Positions 45,527-54,269 of a stretch of DNA of 64,000 nucleotides are shown here, piece by piece (position 1 is the stretch's first letter; each line of letters opens with the position of its first letter). This stretch comes from Longimicrobiales bacterium. Its GTDB lineage: Bacteria > Gemmatimonadota > Gemmatimonadetes > Longimicrobiales > Gaopeijiaceae. The notes under the pieces were generated by a model that did not search any database, was not told the DNA's origin, and was given only the letters and a program-made list of their open reading frames with translations. The DNA is taken from contig CBDCNQ010000002.1 of the NCBI GenBank assembly GCA_965219445.1, positions 752,830 to 816,829 on the forward strand, in the 5' to 3' direction. The position numbers and the translations under genes are program-made.

Positions 45527-47227
45527 TCAGCCGAACAGCGGCGGCCTCCGCGTGTGGAAGTCGGTCGCGTCCTGCCAGGCCTTGGCCACCCTGAGCGTCT
45601 CGGCATCCGCCCACAGCTGACCGACGAAGACGGTGCTTACCGGCGTGCCGTCGTCGTTGAAGCCGCTCGGCACCACCACCGCTGGATGGCCAGTTAGGTT
45701 GGTCATCAACAGCTGGTCTGGGGCGCGCGTAGGAGTGATGAACACGTCGATCCCCTCCAGCGCCGCCTCGAGCGCGCCCATGAGCATCGTACGGACTCGG
45801 TTGGCTTGGATGTACTCCACGGCCGGAGTCATGTGGGCGACCCGAAATGAGGTGGGCCATGACTCGGGCGTCTGCCTGACGAGCAGATCGTCCCTTCCGC
45901 TCAGCGTCAGCTCTTCGAACGCGGCCGCGGCTTCCGCCCGCAGGATGATCCTCAGTGCATCGAGTGGATAGTCGGAGGGAAGGTCGATCGGTACCGGCTC
46001 TACACCGAGCGAACGGAGCGTCTCGAGCGCCGCCCGGTCGTGGCCGGTTGCGCCGTCCCACTCGAAGCCGCGGCGGAAGTACCCGACTCGGAGATCCGAC
46101 AGCGGCCGCTCGGAATCCCAGTTGAAAGGCGTCGTGCGCGCTGTGGGATCTCGGCCATCGGCGCCGTGGATGGCGTTGAAGACCAGTGCACAGTCCTCCA
46201 CGCTGCGGGCGAGGGGACCCAGTTTGTCCATGCTCCATGAGAGCGCCATGGCGCCGGAGCGGCTGACCCGCCCGTAGGTCGGCCGGAGCCCCGTTACACC
46301 GCAACGCGTCGACGGCGACACTATGGAGCCGAGCGTCTCACTTCCTATGGCGAAGCCCACGAGTCCGGCCGCCGTCGTTGCGGCCGAGCCCGCCGAGGAG
46401 CCGCTCGAGCCCTGCTCAAGGTTCCACGGGTTCCGGGTTCGGCCGCCGTACCAGTAGTCCCCCGATGCGAGGGCACCCAGCGTCAGCTTCGCCACCAGGA
46501 TGGCGCCCGCCTCTTCGAGGCGACGTACCACAGTCGCGTCTTCCCCGATGACCTGGTCCCGGTACGGCTCGGCTCCCCACGTAGTGCGGAAGCCCTCGGC
46601 CGCCAGCAGATCCTTGGCGCCCCACGGGACGCCGTGAAGCGGGCCGCGGTAGGCTCCGTTCGCAATCTCGCGATCCGCCCGGGCCGCATGCTCGAGCGCT
46701 TGATCGCTCATCAACGTGATGACGGCCTCCAGCGTGGGTCCGTGCCGTTCCAGCCGCTCCAGGTAGAGCGTGGTGAGCTCGGTCGAACTCAGCTGCCGAG
46801 TTCGAATCAGCTCGGAGAGCTGGGTGACCGGCATGAACGCCAGGGTCTCAGGGTCCACCGGGCGACTCAGCCCTACGTGCCTCGTGGACCGGAAGGGACG
46901 GGTCTCGGAAGGCAACTCACGTCCCGGAAGCACCGGATCGAATTGGACGGCCGGCATCACCTGATTCGGAACGGGATTTTCGCGCAGGGCCTCATACGCC
47001 TCGAGATTCGTGTTCAGGCCCTCGAGCATCAGGTCCCGCTCCGCATCCGTGAACTCCAGGCCGGCCAGCGCCCCCGCGTCAGCAACGATCTCCGATGTGA
47101 TCTCTCCGCGCGTCTGCACCTGTGCCCAGAGCACTCCCGGAAACACGGTCCCACCCAGACCCAGCGCGGACATATACGCCATGAATCCGCGTCGATCGAT
47201 GGATTCGATATCGTCGAGGATCTTCAT
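45527..47227 (-). CDS. Amidase-signature family enzyme with Tat-like signal
   Basis: IDRRGFM twin-Arg; GAKDL, GSSGSSAGS, GSETLGSIVSPS; start 47227. Confidence 0.9.
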   Translation of the reverse strand: MKILDDIESIDRRGFMAYMSALGLGGTVFPGVLWAQVQTRGEITSEIVADAGALAGLEFTDAERDLMLEGLNTNLEAYEALRENPVPNQVMPAVQFDPVLPGRELPSETRPFRSTRHVGLSRPVDPETLAFMPVTQLSELIRTRQLSSTELTTLYLERLERHGPTLEAVITLMSDQALEHAARADREIANGAYRGPLHGVPWGAKDLLAAEGFRTTWGAEPYRDQVIGEDATVVRRLEEAGAILVAKLTLGALASGDYWYGGRTRNPWNLEQGSSGSSAGSAATTAAGLVGFAIGSETLGSIVSPSTRCGVTGLRPTYGRVSRSGAMALSWSMDKLGPLARSVEDCALVFNAIHGADGRDPTARTTPFNWDSERPLSDLRVGYFRRGFEWDGATGHDRAALETLRSLGVEPVPIDLPSDYPLDALRIILRAEAAAAFEELTLSGRDDLLVRQTPESWPTSFRVAHMTPAVEYIQANRVRTMLMGALEAALEGIDVFITPTRAPDQLLMTNLTGHPAVVVPSGFNDDGTPVSTVFVGQLWADAETLRVAKAWQDATDFHTRRPPLFG

Positions 47228-47354
47228 CGGTCCCTCGCAAGCCTTGAGGAAAGAGCGGTGGGCCGATATGGTGCGCGCGTATGTCGCCACCCCGCAAGGT
47301 CGCGTGGCGTGGTTCGACCGTTTCCTGGTCAGAAATTCAAGGTGAGAGCACTCC

Positions 47355-48482
47355 ATGAATGTCGCCGTTCTAGGTGAAACAATGCCGGGTGAACACCGGG
47401 TCGCGCTCATTCCCGCGAGCGTGCCCAAGCTCGAGAAGCTAGGGTGCGAAGTCACCGTCGTGTCGGGAGCCGGCATTCCGTCCCACTTCTCGGACGCGGA
47501 GTACGGCGAGGCCGGGGCGACGATCGTCCCGGACGTCGGGACGGCCGTGCAGGGTGCCGAAATCGTCTTGAAGGTTCAGGCGCCGACCGCCCAAGAGATC
47601 GAAGCGCTCCCCGAGGGTGTGGTGCTCATCTCGCTACTCTCGCCACTCACGCAACCGGAGTTGATCGGCAGGCTCGGTGCCGCCGGGGTCACCGCCTTCG
47701 CTTTGGAGCTCATCCCACGGATCACACGGGCGCAGAGCATGGATGTGCTCTCGTCGCAGGCCACGGTCGCCGGATACAAGGCTGTGGTCACCGGCGCGGA
47801 CGAGCTCGCGAAGTTCTTGCCGATGTTCATGACCGCCGCGGGAACCATTCGCCCGGGCAAGGTCCTGATCCTCGGCGCCGGCGTGGCCGGGCTCCAGGCA
47901 ATAGCCACAGCACGCCGCTTGGGCGCCAAGGTGGAGGCCTTCGATGTGCGCCCCGCGGTGAAGGAGCAGATCGAAAGCCTGGGCGCCACCTTCCTCGAGA
48001 CGGAAGAGGAGGTCACCGGAGAGGGAGAGGGCGGCTACGCCAAGGAGTTGAGCGAGGAGCAGCACCAGCGCGAGCTTGAGCTCATCGCCACGCACATCGC
48101 CGATACGGATCTGGTGATCACGACGGCCCAGATCCCCGGTCGGCCCGCGCCCCGGCTCATCACCGAAGAGATGGTGGACTCGATGCACCCCGGATCGGTG
48201 ATCGTGGACCTCGCCGCGGCCTCCGGAGGCAACTGCGCCATCACCCGTGAGGGAGAGACGGTGGAGAGAAACGGCGTGAAAGTGATGGGCCCCGCCAACC
48301 TACCCGCGGAGATTCCTGTGCACGCGAGCCAGATGTTCTCCAAGAACGTCGAGACGCTCCTCAAGGAGCTCGTCGCCGAGGGTGAGCTGTCGCTCGACTT
48401 CGAGGACGAGATCGTCGCGGGCACGTGCGTGACACACGGGGGCGAGGTGCGACACGGGCCGACCAAAGAGAAGCTCGGCTAG
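47355..48482 (+). CDS. pntA: NAD(P) transhydrogenase subunit alpha, soluble domain I (PntAA)
   Basis: PGEHRVAL, PRITRAQSMDVLSSQ, GAGVAGLQAIATARRLGA, GEGGYAKE, GSVIVDLAAASGGNC. Confidence 0.96.
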   Translation: MNVAVLGETMPGEHRVALIPASVPKLEKLGCEVTVVSGAGIPSHFSDAEYGEAGATIVPDVGTAVQGAEIVLKVQAPTAQEIEALPEGVVLISLLSPLTQPELIGRLGAAGVTAFALELIPRITRAQSMDVLSSQATVAGYKAVVTGADELAKFLPMFMTAAGTIRPGKVLILGAGVAGLQAIATARRLGAKVEAFDVRPAVKEQIESLGATFLETEEEVTGEGEGGYAKELSEEQHQRELELIATHIADTDLVITTAQIPGRPAPRLITEEMVDSMHPGSVIVDLAAASGGNCAITREGETVERNGVKVMGPANLPAEIPVHASQMFSKNVETLLKELVAEGELSLDFEDEIVAGTCVTHGGEVRHGPTKEKLG

Positions 48483-48539
48483 GTAGGTACGTTCGACGAA
48501 GTACGTTCGGGACCCGCCGTCTCTCACACGGAGGCATCG

Positions 48540-49433
48540 ATGCGTTCGCTCGTTCTATCTTTGGTGCTCCTCGCCGCCTGCTCCGCCGACCAGTCTAAAA
48601 CCGTTCCGCTTTTCGAAGGACTCGGCAACCACCATCATCCCATCACCACGTCTGCGCTCCAGGCGCAAGCCTACTTCGATCAGGGCCTCCGCCTCACGTA
48701 CGCGTTCAACCACGAGGAGGCGATCCGTTCGTACGAGTATGCCCTCGAGCTCGATCCGGGCTGCGCCATGTGCTGGTGGGGAATCGCGTTCGCCGCGGGC
48801 CCCAACATCAATGCGACGATGGATTCGGTGGGAGGCACACTCGCCTGGGATGCGATCCAGTACGCGGTGGCGCCGCTCCCGTCGATCGCGAGATGATGGA
48901 GGTCCCCGAACTCGGCGGCCTCCAGAATTACATTCTGCTACCGCTTCGCATGATGTCCCGTTTCGGAATGTGGGACGAGATCCTCGTGGAGCCGGTTCCT
49001 GACACCGACCAGGACTTTGTGGCAGGATTTTCCCATTACACACGGGGCATGGCACTCTTACGTACCGGCCGCGCCGCCGAGGCCACGGCCGAACTCGAAA
49101 TGCTGCGGGCCCGCGTCGAGAGTCCGGGAATCCAGCCCTATGCCATTTGGTGGAACCCGGCCAGCCAGATCCTCACGTTGGGGGCGTTGGCGCTGGAGGC
49201 CGAGCTGCTTCACGCGGCCGGGGAGCAAGAGCGTACCGTCGCGCTTCTGGAGCGTGCCGTCGCCCTCGAAGACGGTCTCAGCTACGATGAGCCCCCGCCC
49301 TGGTCGATCCCGAGCCGGCAGGTCCTTGGCCGAATCCACTTCGAAAGAGGCCGCGGAGGCGGCGACGGTCATGTCCCGATACGAGCGCGCCTGGAGCACG
49401 GCGGACGTGGAGCCGGTGGTCGGGACGCACTGA
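48540..49433 (+). pseudogene. Fragmented TPR-like lipoprotein gene with two frame-disrupting internal deletions
   Basis: Three frames carry successive parts of one protein: LAAC...AQAYFDQGLRLTYAFNHEEAIRS...GPNIN (48540-48870); RFGMWDEIL...EDGLSYDEPPPW (to about 49350); AAEAATVMSRYERAWSTADV (to 49433). Confidence 0.75.
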
Positions 49434-49598
49434 GTCCGGGAGCGGCTGCGTGCCAGTGCGCGGTGAATGCGCACGCTCTTTGCCAATCCCCCCCTAGGCC
49501 CGTACCCTAAGCCAGCGTCCGAAGAAAGCAGGAGCCCCGCGATCCGACCCACGTCACCCCCGGAGCACATCCAGTTCCGACACCGACCGGAGCCGACC

Positions 49599-50861
49599 AT
49601 GACCCGCGCACTCCTCGACCGAGCCCCCACGATCTCCGTCCTCACCGCAGCGCTGATGCTGATACCCGCCGTGCTCGCCGCCCAATACGTCCCAGATCGG
49701 GGCGCATGGGAGACGCGACAGCCCGCGGAAGTCGGGATGAACGCCTCCGGAGTACAGGCAGCCGTAGACTACGCCATCGCTCACGAGACCCCTCAGCCGC
49801 GGGACCAGGAAAAGGGTCAGAACCAGAGCTTCGGCCTCGAGCCGTTCGGTTTTGGTATCGGTCCCTTCAAGGCCCACAAGGGGCCGGCCGGGGTGATCGT
49901 ACGCCACGGATACATCGTGGCCGAGTGGGGCGACACGCGAAGCGTGGACATGACGCACAGTGTGTCGAAGTCCTTCCTGACGACCACCGTCGGACTGGCG
50001 GTCCAAGACGGGCTCATCGGCTCGATCGACGACCTGGCTCGAGACTACATGGGCCCCGTCGACCTGCCTCCTGGGGATGGCGAGCCCGGCGTCGACCGCG
50101 TGGGCTTCGGCACGCCCGACGTGACGACACTCTTCAATACCGAGCACAACCGTCAGATCACCTGGCGACACCTGCTCACCCAGAGCTCGGACTGGGAAGG
50201 GACTCTTTGGGGTAAGCCGGATTGGGCGGACCGGCCCGATGACGATCCGTCCACCTGGACCACCCGTGCGAGGCACACTCCGGGCACGGTATACGAATAC
50301 AACGACACCCGTGTGAACGTGCTGGCCCTACTGGCGACGAGCGTGTGGCGCCGACCGCTTCCGCAGATCTTGAAAGAGCGGGTCATGGATCCCATCGGTG
50401 CGTCGCCAACATGGCGCTGGTACGGTTACGAAAACTCATGGATCACCCTCGATGGAAGACGGGTTCAGGCCGTGAGCGGTGGCGGGCATTGGGGTGGGGG
50501 CATGTTCATCCACGCGAGAGACCAGGCCCGCTTCGGGCTGTTCACGTTGCGGAAAGGTCGCTGGGGCGATCAGCAGCTCATGGACGAAAAGTGGTTCGAG
50601 ATGGCCACGACACCGTCCGCAGCAAACCAAACGTACGGCTTCATGAACTTCTACCCCAACGTGCCCAACGCCGAGGGCCGGAGCGGCTATCCGAGCGCGC
50701 CCAGCACAGCCTACTCACACCGCGGCCGCGGCACGAACCTGGTCTACGTGGATCAGGAAAACGATCTGGTCGTCGTGGCACGTTGGATCTCCGGCGGAGA
50801 CATCGACGAGCTTCTGAGGTTGGTCATCGGCTCCATTCAAGCCACGGCGGACGGGGGTTAG
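49599..50861 (+). CDS. Serine hydrolase, beta-lactamase/class C-like family, secreted
   Basis: Signal peptide ending AAQ; SVSK (SxxK), ITWRHLLTQ, PGTVYEYND, ARDQARFG, HRG; start 49599. Confidence 0.88.
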   Translation: MTRALLDRAPTISVLTAALMLIPAVLAAQYVPDRGAWETRQPAEVGMNASGVQAAVDYAIAHETPQPRDQEKGQNQSFGLEPFGFGIGPFKAHKGPAGVIVRHGYIVAEWGDTRSVDMTHSVSKSFLTTTVGLAVQDGLIGSIDDLARDYMGPVDLPPGDGEPGVDRVGFGTPDVTTLFNTEHNRQITWRHLLTQSSDWEGTLWGKPDWADRPDDDPSTWTTRARHTPGTVYEYNDTRVNVLALLATSVWRRPLPQILKERVMDPIGASPTWRWYGYENSWITLDGRRVQAVSGGGHWGGGMFIHARDQARFGLFTLRKGRWGDQQLMDEKWFEMATTPSAANQTYGFMNFYPNVPNAEGRSGYPSAPSTAYSHRGRGTNLVYVDQENDLVVVARWISGGDIDELLRLVIGSIQATADGG

Positions 50862-50913
50862 CCGGACTCGAACTAAGCCGGACCCGAGCTAGGCCGGACG
50901 GGAGCTAGCCGGA
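50859..50913. repeat. Degenerate 15-16-bp tandem repeat (4 copies) between convergent genes
   Basis: tagccggactcgaac / taagccggacccgagc / taggccggacgggagc / tagccgga. Confidence 0.75.
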
Positions 50914-51603
50914 GGGGTTACCCACCGGCGAAGTCGCGACCGCCTCCTCTTTTTTCAACATTCCCCATGCGGTGGAGACGGCGAGGAACGCCCAAAGCAA
51001 ATCGAACGGACCCATCTGGGCGGTGACGCGTCCCAGAAGCCCCGCCTGGGCGAACGCCAATCCGGTAAACTGTGCGGCCATCGCTTCGCGCTCGTCCTGA
51101 GAGAGCGTCCCAAGATGCCGCGCGCCTTCAGCGAGCATGTCCTCCCACAAGGCGTCCGAAATCGTGTCGCCATCGGGAATGGCGTCGTACGACGCCTGCA
51201 CCTGCTGCGAAAAGCCCTCATTGAACTGGAGGTCGAGGGTGGCAGCCTGTGACATGAGCTCGTCGTCTGTCAGCACTTCGTCCAGGGCACTTCCCCCAAG
51301 GACGAATTCCCCAATGAGCACCCGAGCGATCAGTAGGCCTACAAGCGCCAGCGTCGCTGCCGACCCGGCCGCCACCGAGTCCCTACGCGCTGTGGTGCGG
51401 GCCATTCCGACTCCCACCAGACCCCCCAGGGCCCACGCGGCGTACCCGACCTCGTAGCCGGTCATTGCGGTAAGCACGGTCCACCCGATGCCCCCGATGA
51501 GCGCGGCACCGAGGCCGGCGAGCATTGCCGGCAACAGAGATTGCGAGGGCGCGACGGTCGCCGTCTCGGCCACCCGATAACGATCAAATTGCTCCTGGTC
51601 CAC
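50905..51603 (-). CDS. Hypothetical membrane protein
   Basis: GAGGAG SD and GTG at 51603; Gly-rich TM segments (AALIGGIGW...TGYEVGYAAWALGGLVG). Confidence 0.75.
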   Translation of the reverse strand: MDQEQFDRYRVAETATVAPSQSLLPAMLAGLGAALIGGIGWTVLTAMTGYEVGYAAWALGGLVGVGMARTTARRDSVAAGSAATLALVGLLIARVLIGEFVLGGSALDEVLTDDELMSQAATLDLQFNEGFSQQVQASYDAIPDGDTISDALWEDMLAEGARHLGTLSQDEREAMAAQFTGLAFAQAGLLGRVTAQMGPFDLLWAFLAVSTAWGMLKKEEAVATSPVGNPSG

Positions 51604-51860
51604 GGTCGTCCTCCTCTGGTCATGACAGGTCGGCGGTAGGCGCGACACGCCATGACACACTGGGAGCCATGGTCCCATCGGCACGAACCGCTCTATTCGA
51701 CGCTAAACTGAGGATTCCTTGGACGACAACACTTTTTTCGGCCCACCGCCTGAGCCGTCCCCGGCGGTCTGGCGCATTTGGAGATCCTGAGTAGGTTCCC
51801 CGGCAGAAACCACAGCGCTTTCCTACCGAAACCGCTCTTACGCCGAAATGGAGGATCCTG

Positions 51861-52139
51861 ATGGGCGAAATGGTGGTTGGGCTGTACGTCTTCGTCCTCG
51901 CCACGCTCACCGGCCGGGAGGTCATCACCAAGGTGCCCCCGACCCTGCACACGCCCTTGATGTCGGGCGCCAACGCCATCTCGGGCGTCGCGGTCGTCGG
52001 CGCTCTGGTGGTCTCGGCGCAGGTCGATGCCGGGCTCGCGCAAATCCTGGGAATCGTCGCGATCGTGATGGCGATGGTCAATGTGGTCGGGGGCTTCATG
52101 GTCACCGACCGCATGCTCGAAATGTTCAAGAAAAACTAG
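51861..52139 (+). CDS. pntAB: NAD(P) transhydrogenase subunit alpha part 2 (PntAB, membrane)
   Basis: VPPTLHTPLMSGANAISG...NVVGGFMVTDRMLEMF. Confidence 0.96.
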   Translation: MGEMVVGLYVFVLATLTGREVITKVPPTLHTPLMSGANAISGVAVVGALVVSAQVDAGLAQILGIVAIVMAMVNVVGGFMVTDRMLEMFKKN

Positions 52140-52162
52140 CGGCCACTCAGAGGAGCTCATTC

Positions 52163-53566
52163 ATGGATCTCTCCCTTTGGGTGGAGCTGTCGTACCTCTT
52201 CGCTTCAGTCCTCTTCGTCCTTGGCCTCAAACGCCTCCAGTCCCCCGCCACGGCTCGTGGGGGGAACCGGTTGGCGGCCCTGGCCATGCTCATCGCCATT
52301 GTCGCGACGCTGGTCGAAAACCAGGTCCTGAGCTGGACCAGCATCGCGGCCGGCATGGTGTTGGGCGGGCTCATCGGCGGCGTGGCGGCACGGACGGTGA
52401 AGATGACCGATATGCCCCAGCTCGTGGGCATCTTCAACGGATTCGGGGGCGGCGCCTCGGCGCTCGTCGCGGCGGCCGAGCTCCTACGGGTTCAGTCGGC
52501 GGGAACGGCTCTCGTGCTTGGGGACGGGTTCACGATCGCCATATCCTGCCTTATCGGTACAGTGACCTTCTCCGGCAGCTTCATCGCGTTCGGTAAGCTC
52601 CAGGGGCTCGTGTCCGGTAATCCCATCACGTTCCCGCTCCAGAAGACTTTCAATGCCCTGCTCTTCCTGTCGCTCCTGGTCCTGGGCACCTCGGTGATGG
52701 GTGTGTTCGAGGTCGGCGGACTCTCGGCTCTCACGGTCTTCGCGATCTTCATGGCGATCGCGCTGCTACTGGGCATCCTGCTGGTGATTCCCATCGGCGG
52801 TGCGGACATGCCCGTGGTGATCTCTCTGCTCAACTCCTATTCGGGATTGGCGGCGTCCGCCGCCGGGTTCGTAATCGCGAACAACGTGCTCATCATCAGT
52901 GGCGCACTCGTGGGCGCGGCCGGGCTCATCCTGACGATGATCATGTGTAAGGCGATGAACCGCTCGCTTGCCAACGTGGCGTTCGGCGCGTTCGGTGGAG
53001 AGACGGGCAGTGCCGCCCAAATCGGTGCGGGCGACAAGACGGCCCGCTCTGTGGACGCCGAGGGTGCGGCGATGATCCTGGCCTACGCCCAATCCGTAGT
53101 GGTGGTGCCGGGCTACGGCCTGGCGGTCGCGCAGGCGCAGCACGAGCTCCGGAAGGCCATGGACAACCTCGAGGAACGAGGCGTAGACGTGAAGTACGCC
53201 ATCCACCCGGTGGCCGGCCGTATGCCCGGACACATGAACGTGTTGCTCGCCGAGGCGGATGTGCCCTACGACAAACTGTTCGACCTCGACGAAATCAACG
53301 AAGACTTCAACCGGACCGACGTCGTCCTCGTCGTAGGCGCCAACGACGTTGTGAACCCCGAGGCGCACAATCCCCAGAGCGTGATCGCAGGCATGCCGAT
53401 CCTCGACGTAGCAAATGCCAAGAGCGTGATCATCATGAAGCGAAGCCTTTCGCCCGGATTCGCCGGCATCGACAATCCGCTCTTCTATGAGGACCACACA
53501 CTGATGTTCTTCGGAGATGCCAAGGGCTCTATGACCGATCTGGTGCGGGAGGTTCGCGAAGCCTGA
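52163..53566 (+). CDS. pntB: NAD(P) transhydrogenase subunit beta
   Basis: MTDMPQLV, IGGADMPVVISLLNSYSG, VPGYGLAVAQAQ, HPVAGRMPGHMNVLLAEA; start 52163 with AGGAG SD. Confidence 0.97.
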   Translation: MDLSLWVELSYLFASVLFVLGLKRLQSPATARGGNRLAALAMLIAIVATLVENQVLSWTSIAAGMVLGGLIGGVAARTVKMTDMPQLVGIFNGFGGGASALVAAAELLRVQSAGTALVLGDGFTIAISCLIGTVTFSGSFIAFGKLQGLVSGNPITFPLQKTFNALLFLSLLVLGTSVMGVFEVGGLSALTVFAIFMAIALLLGILLVIPIGGADMPVVISLLNSYSGLAASAAGFVIANNVLIISGALVGAAGLILTMIMCKAMNRSLANVAFGAFGGETGSAAQIGAGDKTARSVDAEGAAMILAYAQSVVVVPGYGLAVAQAQHELRKAMDNLEERGVDVKYAIHPVAGRMPGHMNVLLAEADVPYDKLFDLDEINEDFNRTDVVLVVGANDVVNPEAHNPQSVIAGMPILDVANAKSVIIMKRSLSPGFAGIDNPLFYEDHTLMFFGDAKGSMTDLVREVREA

Positions 53567-53575
53567 ACATCCGGA

Positions 53576-54178
53576 CTAGTGAAGAGCGGCCCACTCCACC
53601 TCGAGACACTCGAGTTGCTCCTCGAGCTCCGCCACGAGCTTCTCGGTAGGAACGGTGGAGACGCCGCTCCCTTGGAAGAGGGAGAAGAAGAGACCGTCGG
53701 TGTGGCCGATGCTCGCATGAGTCACACCACTATCGAGGAAGCGGTTCAACCGAAGCGCGTCGGAGAGTGAGAGCGCGGCCCCGTAATTCCCGGGCGGAGC
53801 CTCGAAGAGCATGCGCACGACCCCCTCACGCACGATCTGGAACTCTTCAACGATATCGCCCGCAGCCAAGCCCCTCTTGGCACCAATCGCCCCATAGAGC
53901 TCCGCAGCACTCTTCCACAGCGGGTCCACCACAGATCGCCGATGATCCAAGGCTCCCGGGATCATACGCGTGAGCAGGTTGAGGAACCGTTCGAGAACGC
54001 GCTCCATTTCCTCATCCAAACTGACTCGATGCAAGACTTCCTCGAACCAGTATCTCGCGAGGAATCCTCGCTGGGCCTCGAGCCATTCTCCGATTCGATG
54101 GGTGCTGGGGGCGGGACGCGTGCTTCTTGCAGGAGACGGGGAGGGTCGGATCTCGGCGGGTTGAGCGAAATCCCTCAT
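53576..54178 (-). CDS. Hypothetical all-helical protein, possibly RsbRD N-terminal-like sensor fold
   Basis: AAELYGAIGAKRGLAAGDIVEEFQIVRE resembles the ..HG..R..G....VV.E...LR pattern; downstream of the large kinase. Confidence 0.5.
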   Translation of the reverse strand: MRDFAQPAEIRPSPSPARSTRPAPSTHRIGEWLEAQRGFLARYWFEEVLHRVSLDEEMERVLERFLNLLTRMIPGALDHRRSVVDPLWKSAAELYGAIGAKRGLAAGDIVEEFQIVREGVVRMLFEAPPGNYGAALSLSDALRLNRFLDSGVTHASIGHTDGLFFSLFQGSGVSTVPTEKLVAELEEQLECLEVEWAALH

Positions 54179-54269
54179 GACACTCCATGTGGAGGGGCCG
54201 GGGTCTCCTGGGTGAACGTCTCAAGGTGCGTCATCGGGCACCATACCGCCAGAGTATCGTACCCTTTTT

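Noticed and set aside
47228..47476. N-terminal extension of the amidase
   Set aside because: Overlaps the divergent pntA start; the Tat-like signal begins at 47227
49599..50861. Beta-lactamase resistance gene
   Set aside because: SxxK hydrolase fold only; it lacks the class A/C SDN/YxN and KTG motif set, so an esterase or amidase is more likely
48483..51860. Block inside the pnt locus considered as a mobile element
   Set aside because: No transposase or integrase, terminal repeats or matching target-site duplication seen
51848..52162. Apparent N-terminal extension or PntAB-PntB fusion
   Set aside because: PntAB is in a different frame with its own stop; pntB has its own SD and ATG at 52163
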